A stretch of 64,000 bases of DNA from Squalus acanthias (lineage: Eukaryota): assembly GCA_030390025.1 (NCBI GenBank), contig CM059432.1, forward strand, positions 146,694,001-146,758,000, written 5' to 3'. Both the position numbers and the translations under genes were made by a program. Positions 25,889-38,266 of this stretch are shown here, piece after piece (the first letter of the stretch is position 1; every line of letters begins with the position of its first letter). Below the pieces are notes generated by a model. That model ran no database searches. It was not told the DNA's origin and was given only the letters and a program-made list of their open reading frames with translations.

Positions 25889-26344
25889 TCTAATTGTAGT
25901 CTCTTTATCTCATCCTGGGTTCCAACACTCATACAAATTATTCTGTCATTCAAATCATTAATATAGACAGCAAAGAGCAACGGTCCTAACACTGGTCTTT
26001 GCAGAATACCATTAGTAACTGGTCGGCCTCTACGCAGAATCAGTACTACTGATAGCGATCCTCTGCCTACATGGGTGCAACAAATTCCTGAACCAACCCG
26101 GGGTCTGCCCTACAATCCCACAGGACTCTATCTTATAAAGTGTGAAACTTTAGATTAATTTAAGATCCAGTTCGGTAGTTTGATGGGGAACTGTAAATTG
26201 TTTTCCCGTGAAGTGTTGGCTAAGAAGGCCTGAATGGATTCGCTGGTTTGTATTGATCTTGCAATCTTGTGAACCACAAAAGGGGATGGGAAATGGGGGG
26301 CAAAACATTTTTTGATACTTTTTAAAAATAAATTAGTTCCCTTC

Positions 26345-26680
26345 GTTCCCCCATTTTTCTTCCCTCACCTTCTGAAGGTGGTGACTCGGGGTGCTCGAAG
26401 TGCCGGCTTCCATCTGGTACCTGGGCAGAATGGAGAACGGATTGAGAGTGTTGGCAGGCTATTCAACTCTGTGGGCATCACAAGCAGGCCCAATCCTGTC
26501 AGTCACTCAAAGTCCATAAAAGCCGCACTTTTGGCAACGGATGCTGATCAGGAACGTCAATACCAGCTTATTCCTTTTCCTTCTCTCGCCTAGGGCACTG
26601 AGGCTAACTTCAGTACCCCGACCACTGTCCCAGCTGTGATCGGCTAATTCAGCACACATGCGGGATCGAACTGAGCCATC
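26345..26680 (-). mobile_element. Old tRNA-headed SINE, family not identified
   Basis: B-box-like gttcgatccc on the minus strand near 26665; similar to the 13255, 52060 and 59170 copies. Confidence 0.5.
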
Positions 26681-27807
26681 CTCCAAGTACATAAGATGCT
26701 GAAGGGTCACTTGGTTCCAAATACCTGTTCATTTGTTTGTAAGCACGGCGATTTTGAACTTTACGTCACTGTAACTCTGCTGCGCAATTATCTTGAGCAA
26801 CTGAAAAAACATAACCTGAAAACTAAATGTAACGCAAAATGGTTCGAATATAATGAGAAATTTTAAAGGCATCACTGTGCGATGCACAGGTGTTTGACAG
26901 TTTAAACTATGTTGGACTTTGGAACCTGACTTCATTTCCATTATACAATCTGGTTGATCATACGCCACTAAAATAATAAAAGTTCCTGTGCACGGGGTTA
27001 TTTGATCACCTGGATACAGTGAATAAAGGAAAATTTAGATGGACAGGGGTGCTGACCTGAAAGGGAGCCGGACTAATTATTCCATCCGTTTAAGTTAATG
27101 GTGAAGAATCAGTGGAGCTCCATTTGGGATGAGAGCTCCTCCTTGCCCAATTCTCCTGAATTTGCTGTGATCAGTCAATCCAACTGAGGAACAAGAAAAT
27201 CTGCTCCCCATTTAGTATGTTGCAATAGGAAGGAGAGTTGGCTGTGCTAATACAGTGTTGCTTTGCCAGTCGTTTGTACCGTTCCCTTGCTGTAAAGCAA
27301 ACTATCGGATTAGGCTTTCACAAGAGCAATGATTAACATAATAAAAAGATGTGGCAGCATACAATTCCATTCTGTGCTGCTCTTAGCTCCAACACACTCT
27401 GGTTACTTCCATTGAGGAGGTAGCCCTACTACACTGCCTGTAGTTGTCGTGGTGTATAATTAAGCTTTTGGTCCCAGTGATCATTTTCTAACCAGTGTTT
27501 GTATTAAGGTCTCTTCACATGGGTATAATTACATTTTTTGATAAGTAGCTGAAAGCGCCTCAACAGTACATTCAGTCACTAATCATTTAGACATTCAATT
27601 CTGTGTTATTTCTATTAAAAAGGGCACTCTGTGTGGACTAATACGGTGCTACAGTTCTGTTTTACATCAGGCAATGTTGAACATTAAAGAGTAAGATAGC
27701 ATTGCCTGTGTAATTTGCATATAAGTTTCTTTTTCTCAAACGTTTTATTTTTTTTTGCATGCATCAAAGTCTGGGTTGTCAGTGCATTGGAACGGGCTGC
27801 TCTCTAC

Positions 27808-27975
27808 CAGTGCTCCCTGTAAGGTGCATGGCCATTTACACAGCTCCAGGGAACCCACGCATCCGGCTTGCTGACATTTCAATGTAAAGACCGCGCATGC
27901 GCAGTATTTTGAATGGCTCGTGCAGCCCCTTAAAGGGGTCGCACAGTGCCCCAAATTTTTTTACAGGGAACCTAG
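27808..27975. mobile_element. hAT-type MITE (168 bp)
   Basis: 8-bp TSD CTCTCTAC (27800-27807, 27976-27983); TIRs cagtgctccctgtaa / ttacagggaacctag. Confidence 0.85.
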
Positions 27976-28136
27976 CTCTCTACTCTGCCCTATATAATGC
28001 ACTTCAGCTGCACCTCTTGCCATTCCATTTCCCTCGCCAGCCAACTTTGGTCATGCCCACTAGGAATTCTGTTGAGATTGCGCAAACTAATTATATGGCG
28101 TTCCACTGTGCTCTTGTTGATGGCTCATTCTTCATG

Positions 28137-28545
28137 AGTCATTTTTAGGAAGGATGTCAAGGCCTTGGAGAGGGTGCGGAGGAGATTTACTCGAATGGTA
28201 CCAGGGATGAGGGACTTCAGTTACGTGGAGAGAGAGAAGCTGGGGTTGTTCGCCATAGAACAGAGAAAGTTAGGGGGAGATTTGATAGAGGTGTTCAAAA
28301 TCGTGAAGAGATTTGATCGAGTAAATTTGGAGAAACTGTTTCCAGTGGCAGGAGGGTCGGTAACCAGAGGAAACAGATTTAAGATAATTGGCAAAAGAGC
28401 CAGAGGGGAGATGAGGAGAATTTTTTACGCAGCGAGTTGTTGTGATCTGGAATGCGCTGCCTGAAAGGGCGGTGGAAGCAGATTCAAAAGTAACTTTCAA
28501 AAGAGAATTGGATAAATACTCGAAGGGGTGAAAATTGCAGGGCTA
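28137..28545 (+). mobile_element. CR1 LINE 3' part, apparently continued at 32649-32758
   Basis: ERVRRRFTRMVPGMRDFSY...GDLIEVFKI; breaks at ttgcagggcta, and the expected continuation ggaaag..caggggagtgg appears at 32649. Confidence 0.85.
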
Positions 28546-28744
28546 GTTGTCAAAAAATCAAGGAGTGACGTCAGAGGACAGCAAGTGAGTTAGGAGAGAA
28601 TTGCAGCTTTTTTTGCTCTCTAAGTTAGGGTAGTGTGTTAAATTAAGAGCTGGGAAAATATAACTCCATTACTTTTGTAAATTAATAACAAACTAGATTA
28701 ACTAATTAATAAAACTAAAAGTAATCAATTTTTTAAATAATAAG

Positions 28745-28990
28745 AATGATACCTGGACTTCAAGGGTTAGTTACGAGGAGCGATTACACAAATTAGGGTT
28801 GTAGTCTCTGGAATTTAGAAGGTTAAGGGGTGATTTGATCGAAGTTTTCAGGATATTACGGGGCACAGATAGGGTAGAGAGAAACTATTTCCGCTGGTTG
28901 GGGATTCTAGGACTAGGGGCAGAGTCTAAAAATTAGAGTCAGACTTTTCAGGAGTGAAATTAGGAAACACTGTTCCTATGTTCATATGAT
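28745..28990 (+). mobile_element. Short internally deleted CR1 fragment
   Basis: Matches the 50180-50410 subfamily sequence; ends ttcctatgttcatatg. Confidence 0.75.
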
Positions 28991-29040
28991 TGATTAAAAA
29001 TGTTAACTAACTGAATAAATAAAATAAGGTTAAATCGAGC

Positions 29041-29986
29041 TGGCAGGGCAGGTGGTGTGTCGTTATTGCAGCATGTGGGAGTTTGTGGAGATCAGCGAGA
29101 TCCCGAACAACCACATCTGTGGTAAATATCTGCAACACGAGAAACTTCGGCTCAGAGTTGTTGAGCTGGAGACCGAGCTGCAGACATTGCGATGCATCAG
29201 GGAAGGGGAGAGTTACCTGGACACTTTGTTCCAGGAAGCAGTCACACCCCTTAGGTTAAGCAGTACTTAAGTTAGTCAGTGGTCAGGGACAGGAGAGTGT
29301 GACTGCGAGTCAGGCAGGGTTAGGAACCCAGGATGTAGTGATGGAGGAGCCTCAGCCCTTGACCTTGTCCAACAGGTACGAGGTACTTGCTGCCTTTATG
29401 GATGAGAAGAAGGACTGCAGGGAGAATGGGCAAACTGACCATGGTACTGTGGTACAGGGGGCCATTTAAGTTGGGGGAGAAAACAGGAATGTGGTAGTGG
29501 TAGGCGACAGTATAGTCAAGGGGAGAGATACTGTTCTCTGCAGCCACGAGTGGGAGTCCCAAAGGCTGTGTTGCCAGGGTTAAGGATATCTCCTCGCGGC
29601 TGGAGAAGAACTTGGAGTGGGAGAGGGAGGATCCAATTGTTGTGGTCCACGTAGGAACCACTGACATAAGTAGAACGAAGAATGAGGTTCTCCTGAAGGA
29701 GTTTGAGGAGCTAGGGTCTAAATTAATAAGCAGAACCTCAAAGGTAACAATCTCTGGATTGCTACCTGAGCCACGCACAAATTGGCATTGGGTCAAGCAG
29801 ATCAGAGAGTTAAATGCGTGGCTCAAAGAGTGGTGTGGGAGGAAGGGGTTTCAATTCATGGGGCACTGGCACCAGTACTGGGGAAAGAGGGAGCTGTTCC
29901 ATTGGTACGGGCTCCACTTAAACCGGGCTAGGACTAATGTCCTGGCGAATCAAATAACTAGGACTATAGCTAGGGCTTTAAACTAA
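29041..29986 (+). pseudogene. CR1 LINE ORF1 (zinc finger/coiled coil plus SGNH esterase), disrupted
   Basis: CRYCSMW...HICGK...LRLRVVELETEL; VVVGDSIV; IVVVHVGTTD; GLHLNR; stops and frameshifts between these. Confidence 0.88.
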
Positions 29987-30512
29987 AAGGAGGGGGAGAG
30001 GTCAGGTGAGGGGAAATATAAAAATCTAAATAGAAAAGTCAATGCAATAGAGCAGTGTAGTGATTTGGATAAAGATAAGCAGAGTGTGACAGGAAGGGAC
30101 AGAAAGTTTAACGGTAATAGTGCACCAGCGAATAAGGTGAAAGCAGGGAATAATTGGGGGGATTTTTTGGGGGGGTCAGTGGGCGCATTCAGTGGCGGGT
30201 CATGCGGGAAAATGTTTTTTTTACAGCGGGTCGGGACCCCGCTATCAACCCGCTGCCACACACCTTTCCCAGATGTCGGGTCTGTCGGCGCTGAACAGAC
30301 CCAACATGCAGCAGTGGGGGAGGCAATTCAAGTCATTATGACCTTGTTAACAGCCCATTAAGAGATATTTTGAGCTCATCTTTACATTTTACGAGGTCGC
30401 CCACGAGGTCCACGCTGCTCGGGGATGACGTCAAATAAGGAGGTCGGGAGTTGTATGACCATGGGATCATCTCTTTACTTGACAGCTGCAAATGTGCTAT
30501 AAAAGCTCCCAT

Positions 30513-31133
30513 CTTTGCTCTCGAGGCAGTACAAAGAAGGTTCACTCGGTTAATCCCCCGGATGAGGGGGTGGACATATGAGGAGAGGTTGAGTAGATTG
30601 GGACTCTATTCATTGGAGTTCAGAAGAATGAGAGGCGATCTTATTGAAACATATAAGATTGTGAAGGGGCTTGATCGGGTGGATGCGGTAAGGATGTTCC
30701 CAAGGATGGGTGAAACTAGAACTAGGGGGTATAATCTTAGAATAAGGGGCTGCTCTTTCAAAACTGAGATGAGGAGAAACTTCTTCACTCAGAGGGTAGT
30801 AGGTCTGTGGAATTTGCTGCCCCAGGAAGCTGTGGAAGCTACATCATTAAATAAATTTAAAACAAAAATAGACAGTTTCCTAGAAGTAAAGGGAATTAGG
30901 GGTTACGGGGAGCGGGCAGGAAATTGGACATGAGGCGGAGTTCGGATCGGTCGAGGCCCTGTGGGTGGCGTAGCGGGCCCAGGAGCTGAGTGGCCGGGTC
31001 CTGCTCCAACTTCTTGTGTTCTTTAGATTTGAGGTGAGGATCAGATCAGCCATGATCTTATTGAATGGCGGAGCAGGCTCGAGGGGCCGATTGGCCTAAT
31101 CCTGCTCCTATTTCTTATGTTCTTATGTTCTTA
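30513..31133 (+). mobile_element. CR1 LINE, 5'-truncated, with a doubled 3' end
   Basis: ALEAVQRRFTRLIP...RRNFFTQRVVGLWNLLPQ...GIRGYGERAGNW*; (ttcttatg)n tail. Confidence 0.95.
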
Positions 31134-32009
31134 TCTCACAGCTGTTCACTTTCCAAGCTCAGAAGCTGTTGCTTACTGCATTTGGAAGACAGATTGAGCT
31201 TTATGCAGGTTGCAAGTGTTTGGAGCAAACTCTCTATCCAGTGTCACCTCATTGGAACAACCTCTCTCACCATTGACAGATCGCGTCTGTCATCTCAAGT
31301 TCACCTGCCATCTATTACATCAGCATCGGTGCCCTTGAAACTATCTTACCATGGTCCTCAGAATCCCACCACAATCAGACCCAACATCAGCAGCACCAGG
31401 CACACCAGCAGCACCAACAACAACTTCTCCGCAATCAACTGATGCTGCACAGGACACAGGGCATCAGCACCCGACCACATTGCTGCCCGGGATGCCAGGA
31501 ATGGCCTCACCATGGCCAGATTTACTTCACTTGGTGCTGTACACCCTGGCTGCCACATGATGCACCAGGTTGGCACCACCCCACACCAACACCATAAAGC
31601 ATCCCTACAATGCCCAAGCCACTCGTTTCATACTCATGACCATGCTACCATTATGTCTCACCATTCACTGCAACTCACTAAGCCACTTCCAAAGGTGCAC
31701 ACAAAGTGCTGAAAATAAAGATTTCAATGTTTGACAGCACATTAACAGAAACTTCACATGAACATTGGCTAAAACACACAAGTGCCTACCCTTGTGTGTT
31801 GTTAGTTGGTATGATTGCACTAGGATGAGGGTGAGTGTGAGGGGTGGCTAGTGAGATGGGGATGTGATAATGTAGATAGAGAGGTATGAGTGGAGGTGCA
31901 AGGTAAGTTGGTGTGAGTAATGATGTGCAGGAGTAGGGTAGGGAATACAGAGTGTTGGGGATGTGATGAGTGGCACAGCAGGATGAGGTTGAGTGTGGCT
32001 TTGCAGTAA

Positions 32010-32240
32010 CATTTCGTGATCTACTGAGATTATTGAAAGGTTTGCGCCACTGCAGCCTGGTCCTCCTGATGACATCCCTGCTTGTGTCCTCCTGTGCAAT
32101 GTGCAACCAGGTTGTGTTGATCTCCTGGGGAGGTCTCTTCCGCCCATTGGAAGGGAAGAGGACCTCCCTGAGTGCTGTGACTCCTTCCATAAGCATATGG
32201 AGGGAGTCATGGGAGAGCCTGAGTACAGCCGTGCACCTCT
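32010..32240 (-). pseudogene. Harbinger Myb/SANT-like domain remnant
   Basis: RLSHDSLHMLMEGVTALREVLFPSNGRKRP...WLHIAQE...RRTRLQWRKPFNNLSRS. Confidence 0.8.
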
Positions 32241-32337
32241 GTGCAGTGACTGTCAGTGATTGCAGCACTTCAATGCAGTAGAACACTGACAGCACAAAAT
32301 GTCAAAATCAATTTGCGCCTGGTCCCTTTAAGGAAAC

Positions 32338-32646
32338 CGGCTAGAACTAGGGGGCATGGACTCAGGATAAGGTGTCAGCCATTTAAGACTGATATGAGGA
32401 GGAATTTCTTCACTCAGAGGGTTGTGACTCTCTGGAATTCGCTACATGTAAGGCAGTGAATGCTGAGTCTTTGAGTATATTCAAGGCTGAGATCGATAGA
32501 CTTTTGGACTCTGGGGGAATCAAGGGATATGGGGTTTGGGCAGGAAAGTGGCGCTGAGGTCGAAGATCAGCCATGATCTTACTGAATGGCGGAGCAGGCT
32601 CGAGGGGCCGTATGACCCACTCCTGCTCCTAATTCTTATGTTCTAT
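32338..32646 (+). mobile_element. CR1 3' fragment
   Basis: RTRGHGLRIR...RRNFFTQRVV, plus 3' UTR. Confidence 0.9.
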
Positions 32647-32648
32647 TC

Positions 32649-32758
32649 GGAAAGGACAGGGGAGTGGATCTAATTGGATAGCTCTTCAAAGAGCTAGCAC
32701 AAACACAATGGGCCAAATGGCTTCCTTCTGTTCTGTAACATTCTGTGATTCTGTGATT
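32649..32758 (+). mobile_element. CR1 3' UTR with (attctgtg)n tail
   Basis: gatagctcttcaaagagctagcac...gggccaaatggcttccttctg...ttctgtgattctgtgatt. Confidence 0.8.
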
Positions 32759-32779
32759 TCTCACTGACATCAATAATTT

Positions 32780-33325
32780 GTGACCTCCAGACTTGACTAT
32801 GCCAACGCTCTGCTGGCCGGCCTCCCTTCCACCCTGCATAAACTTGAGCTCATCCAAAACTCTGCTGTCCGTATCCTAACTCACTCCAAGTCACGTTCAC
32901 CTATCACCCCTGTGCTCACTGACCTATATTGGTTTTGGGTCCGACATCACCTTTGTTTTAAAATTCTCATCTTTTTGTTCAAATCCCTCTATGGCCTCAC
33001 CCCTGCCTATCTCTGTCCCCTCCTCCAGCCCTATAACCCTCCGAAATCTCTGTGCTCCTCCAATTCTAGCCTCTTGCACATCCCCGATTATCATTGCTCC
33101 ACCATAGGCTCTGAGCTCTGGAATTCCCTCCCTCAACCTCCCCACCTCACGGTCTTTTCCTCTATGTCACACCTTAAAACCTATCTCTTTAACCAACCTC
33201 TTGCTCACCTGTCCTTTTATCTATTTACGTGCCTCGGTGTCAAATTTTGTCTATTAACGCTCCTGTGAAGCACCTTGGGATGTTTTTGCTACGTTTAAGG
33301 AACTATATAAATACAAGTTGTATTT
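32780..33325 (+). mobile_element. L2-clade LINE 3' fragment
   Basis: [15 protein letters not shown]...[14 protein letters not shown]...[10 protein letters not shown]; same family as 12365-13135. Confidence 0.9.
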
Positions 33326-33659
33326 GGTTGTGCATTAGTGATGAAAATATTTAACATTCCACAGCATGTACTGTCTATTTTGTATCTAATAGATTTAATT
33401 GCCTTCCTATGCTCCATTTTGCAGCTTTGTCGATTGGAGACGCACTTAGTGATTAAACCAATAAATAACAAACTCAGTTCGTATTAGCTAACTTTAATTT
33501 GCTTTCTCAAAATGATGAATTAAGTAGATGAGATGTCTGAAGGGATACAAGAATAACTATTGTTCAGTTAAGGGTAAATCCTCTGTGTTCAATAGTTGGC
33601 AAACATTTGTAGAAGCATTTCTAACATAACAAAAGCTGCTGTGGATCTTTGCCTAGATG

Positions 33660-34115
33660 TTAGCCTTGTCTCAGTGGTGGCACTCTCACCTCTGAGTTAG
33701 AAGTATTTAGTTCAAGCCCCACTCCAGAGACTTGAGCACATAATCCAGGCTGACACTCCGATGCAGTGCTGAGGGAGCGCCGCACTGTCGGAGGGACGTC
33801 TTTTGGATGAGATGTTAAATTGAGGCCCCGTCTGCTCTCTCAAGTGGACGGAAAAGGTCCCACATTGTTTACAATGATGAGCAGGGCAGTTCTCCCCAGT
33901 GTCCTGGCCAACATTTATCCCTCAACCAACATCACTAAAACAGATGATCTGGTCATTTATTTAATCGCTGTTTTTGGGACCTTGCTGTGCACAAATTGGC
34001 TGCCACATTTCCTACATTGCAATGGCGACTACAATTCAAAAGTACTGAATTGGCGGTAAAGCTTTTTGGGATGTCCCGAGGTTGTGAGAGGTTCTATATA
34101 ATTACAAGTCTTTCT
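33660..34115 (+). mobile_element. Full-length DeuSINE (SacSINE1-like)
   Basis: tRNA head (tctcagtggtggcactctcacctctgag...gttcaagcccc), Deu core, L2-type tail. Confidence 0.88.
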
Positions 34116-34443
34116 TGCCTTTATTTAATTAAATACAATGGCTAGTTCTGTGATGCCTACCGCCAGTGGAGAAGCAGTGTTGTGCAGGTCGGAGATAGCA
34201 CGACAGCAGGTCGCCCCGATTCCCCCTGATCTGCAATCCCTAACAGCCTGATTCCTGCTGGGAGCGTGGAATTAACCATGTAATTTGTGAGCGAATCTTC
34301 AAGTGGTATCTGTATGTGTTTATTAGAATGTCAAAGAAGAGTGACCAGGATATTTAGGGGACTAAATTATGAAGAAAAGATTGAGTAAGTCATTTCATTT
34401 TTATTGGAGAAGTCTGAAGGAATACAAGTATTTCAAATAAAAA

Positions 34444-34783
34444 AAGAAAGACTTGCATTTATATAGCGCCTTTAACGACCTCAGGTCGTCCCAAAGCGCT
34501 TTACAGCCAATGAAGTACTTTTGAAGTGTAGTTACTGTAGGATAACTCCCCTGCTCTTCTATTGAAATAGTGCCCTGGGATCTTTTACATCCACCTGAGA
34601 GAGCAGACAGGACCTCGGTTTAATGTCTCATCCGAAAGACAGCACCTCCAACAGTGCAGCACTCCCTCAGCACTGCACTGGGAGTGTCAGCCTAGTTTTT
34701 TGTGCTCAAGTCTCTGGAGTGGGACTTGAACCCGCAACCTTCTGAGTCAGAGGCGAGAGTGCTGCCCACTGAGCCACAGCTGA
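34444..34783 (-). mobile_element. DeuSINE with internal deletion, inserted into an old CR1 fragment
   Basis: Reverse complement of the 15098 copy; junction gttactgtag|gataactcccc lacks the middle of the body. Confidence 0.88.
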
Positions 34784-34836
34784 CATACTGACAATGTAAG
34801 GTGTAGATAAGGTTGAAGTAAGCAAGCTATTTGATT

Positions 34837-37330
34837 AGAATCAAAGAAATTCACAGCACAGAAGGAAGCCATTCGGCCCATCATATCTGTGCTGGCTCTT
34901 TGAAAGAGCCGTCGTGCTTAGTCTCACACCTTCGCTTTTTGACCCTAACCCTGTCAGTTCCTCATCCTCCAGAACCCGTCCAACTCCCTTTTAAAATGAT
35001 TTATGGAATCAGCTTCCACCACCTTTTCAGGTCGAGCGTTCCAGATCCCGACAACTCTCTGAGTGAAAAGATTTCTCCTCATCTCCCCTCTCGATCTTTT
35101 GCCAATGATTTTGAATCTACGACCTCTGGTTATTGACCCACTCGCCAGAGGGTGTAATTTTTCTCTCTCTACTCTGTCAAAACCTCTCATTATCTTGAAG
35201 ACCTCTATTAGGTCACTTTTTAACCTTCTCTGTTCCAAGGAGAACAGTCCGAACTTTTCCAACCTCTCCTCATAACTGAAGTCTCTCATCCCTGGTAACA
35301 TCCTGGTGAACCTCCTCTGTACCCTTGCTAAGGCCTCTACATCTTTCCTGAAGTGTGGTGCCCAGAATTGTCCACAATACTCCAGCTGAGGCCAAACCAG
35401 TGATTTATAAAGTTCTAGCATAATCTCTTTGCTTTTATATTCTATTCCTCTATTTATAAACCCAAGTAACCCATATACTTTTTTAACCACCTTATCAACT
35501 TGCCCTGCTACCTTTAAGGATTTGTATATATGGACACCAAGGTCTCTCTGCTCATCTACACTTTTCAAACTTGAGTCATTTATAGTACAAAAGCAAAATA
35601 CTGCAGATGCTGGAAATCTGAAATAAAAACAGAAAAGGCTGGAAATAGGGATGGGCAATAAATGTTGGCCTTGCCAGCAATGCCCACATCCCATGAACGG
35701 AAAAAAACCTCAGCAGCTCAGCCAGTATCTGTGGAGAGAGAAACAGAGTTAACGTTTCAGGTCAATGACCTTTCACCATTTATAGTATACTGTCTTTCCA
35801 TATTAGTCCTCCCAAAGTGCATCACTTCACACTTCTCTGCATTGATCTCCATCTGCCCTGCTTCTGCCCATTTCACCATCCTGTCTCTGTCATCCTGAAG
35901 TCTACAACTTTCCTCATCACTATCTACTACGGAGCCAGGTTTTGTGTTATCTGCAAACTCTATAATGCTGCTCCCTACACCCATGTCTAGGTCGTTTATA
36001 GAAATTGAAACGAGTAATGGACCCAAAACTGACCCTTGAGGAACATCACTGGAAACCACCTCCCAGTCTGAAAAACATCCATCCACCACCACTCTCTACT
36101 TCCTGCCACTGAGCCAATTCCATATCCATACCGTGCCTTTCCCCTTAATTCCATGGGCTTCCATCTTCTTAATAATCGTCCTGTGTGCCATTTTGTCAAG
36201 TGCCTTCCAAAAGTCCATATATACATCTCCTGCACTACCTTGATCAAACTTCACTGTGACCTCATCAAAGAATTCAATTAAGTTAGTCAGACACTATTTA
36301 CCTTTAACAAATCCATGCTGGCTCTCCTTGATTAACTCATGCCTTTCCAAATGAAAGTTTATTTTGTCCCTGATAATGGTTTCCAATAACTTCCCCACCA
36401 CCGATGTTGGGGAACTGGTCTGTAGTTTCCTGGTTTATCCTTCTCCCCTTTCTTGAATAGTGGTTTAACATTAGCAAACCTCCAGTCCTCCGGCACTATT
36501 CCTGTATCCAATGAGGATTGAAAGATTGAGTTATTTCTCTGCCAATTCTACCTTTACTTCTTTCCACCTGGACCAACTTTCACTAATGCTAATCGTTTTA
36601 GTACGTCTTCTCGATCTATTCCTATCCTGTCCATAACTTCCCTCTCCTCTTTTAGTATAACCTTCACATCATCCGCTTCTTTTGTGAAGACAGATTCAAA
36701 GTACTCATTTAATACTTTAGCCATGTCCTCTGCATCTACATGAAAATTTCCCTTTGGGTCCTTCATAGGCCCAGCTTCTTCCCTACCCTAGCTAACCTCT
36801 TGCACATTACATGTTCATAAAATGTTTTGAGGTTCAATTTAATGTTGCCTGCTAATCTTTTCTTGTACCCTCTCTTTGCCTTCCATATTAATTTTTTCAA
36901 TTCCCTCCTGTACTTTCCATAATCCTCCTGGTTATTAACTGAATCTTGCTCATGACATTTGTTATAAGCCTCCATTTTCTGTTTTATTTTAGCTTTTATT
37001 TTCTTTGTTGTCCAGAGCGCATTAGCTTTGGATGCTCTACCTTTTCCCTTCAAAGGAATATGCCTAGTTTGTACCTGAACTGTCTCTTCCCTGAATGCCT
37101 TCCTTTGCTCTGTTACTCCTTTACCCGGCAATCACCTTTCCAATCTACCTGTGCTAGTTCCCGTCTTAAATCACTGAAAATAGCTCTTCCCCAGTTGAAC
37201 ATTTGATATTTTCTGGTCTCTTTCCAGAATTACTCTAAACCGAATTATGTTGTGGTCACTGTTAGCTAGATGATCTCCTACTGTAAGAAACTCCACTTTC
37301 CCTATTTCATTTCCCAGAACCAGATCCAAC
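34837..37330 (-). mobile_element. CR1 LINE ORF2, long decayed copy with 3' UTR
   Basis: VPQGSVLGPL..INDLD..FADNTK; KCEVMHFG; DLGVHI..SLKVAGQVDKVVKK; LEYCGQFWAPH. Confidence 0.93.
35588..35776 (-). mobile_element. Penelope-like terminal-repeat fragment with truncated hammerhead, containing a LINE tail (about 35647-35708)
   Basis: 11-bp TSD CATTTATAGTA (35577-35587, 35777-35787); minus strand tgaaaggtcattgacctGAAAcgttaact. Confidence 0.78.
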
Positions 37331-37483
37331 AGTACGACCAATGAGTCAAGCTGACATTCTTTACACTGTTATTTTGTACTGTACCATATCTGAAGAATAA
37401 TTTTTATACAAGTAAATAATAAAATGATTCGAATAAAACTCATGTTGATTGAATAAAACATTGCCGCATAATTTCCCAAGAGG

Positions 37484-38023
37484 AACATAAGAACATAAGA
37501 AATAGGAGCAGGAGTAGGCCATTCGGCCCCTCGAGCCTGCTCCGCCATTTAATGAGATCATGGCTGATCTGATCTTGGGCTCAGCTCCATTTCCCTGCCC
37601 GCTCTCCATAACCCATCACTCCCTTATTGTTCAAAAATCTGTCTATCTCCACCTTAAATATATTCAATGACCCAGCCTCCACAGCTCTCTGGGGAAGAGA
37701 ATTCCAAAGATCCACGACCCTCTGAGAGAATAAATTCCTCCTCATCTCAGTTTTAAATGGGCGACCCCTTATTCTGAAACGATTCCCCCTAGTTCGAGAT
37801 TCCCCCATGAGGGGAAAAATCTTCTCTGCATCTAGCTCGTCGAGCCCCCTCAGTATCTTATATGTTTCAATAAGATCCCCTCTCATTCTTCTAAACGCCA
37901 ATGAGTATAGGCCCAACCTGCTCAACCTTTCTTCATAAGTCAACCCCTTCATCTCAGGAATCAACCTCATGAACCTTCTCTGAACAGCCTCCAATGCAAG
38001 TATATCCCTCCTTAAATAAGGAA
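37484..38023 (-). mobile_element. CR1 LINE, 5'-truncated
   Basis: EAVQRRFMRLIPEMKGLTYEERL...GYGERAGKWS*; (ttcttatg)n tail. Confidence 0.95.
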
Positions 38024-38266
38024 GATACCTGGATGTGCATGAGTTGAGTATGCTGAAGGTTTCACTTACATTTTATTACTTAACAACTTTGAAGCAGAGT
38101 AACGAGACCAAACTGTTCTTTCGGTAGCATTGCAGTTGGAAGTTAGGCCAATGTCTGAAGGTAAAAGGGGATCTTAAGCAGAATAGAAAGATCTCACTGT
38201 TTTCAGCAGTGTTGTGATTATGTGCCACAATCAATGAATCACTGGGGTTATATCCCCAGTTACTCG

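Larger units (their letters stand above)
24640..26140 (-). mobile_element. Old CR1 LINE ORF2 remnant with nested SINE and Penelope fragment
   Basis: Minus-strand SLKVHDQCHNAAAKANRVFGCVARMIQYK and FFAEAISFWNKL motifs. Confidence 0.7.
30155..32335. mobile_element. Decayed Harbinger transposon interrupted by CR1
   Basis: GC-rich left end at 30155; Myb/SANT remnant on the minus strand; right end not found. Confidence 0.65.
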
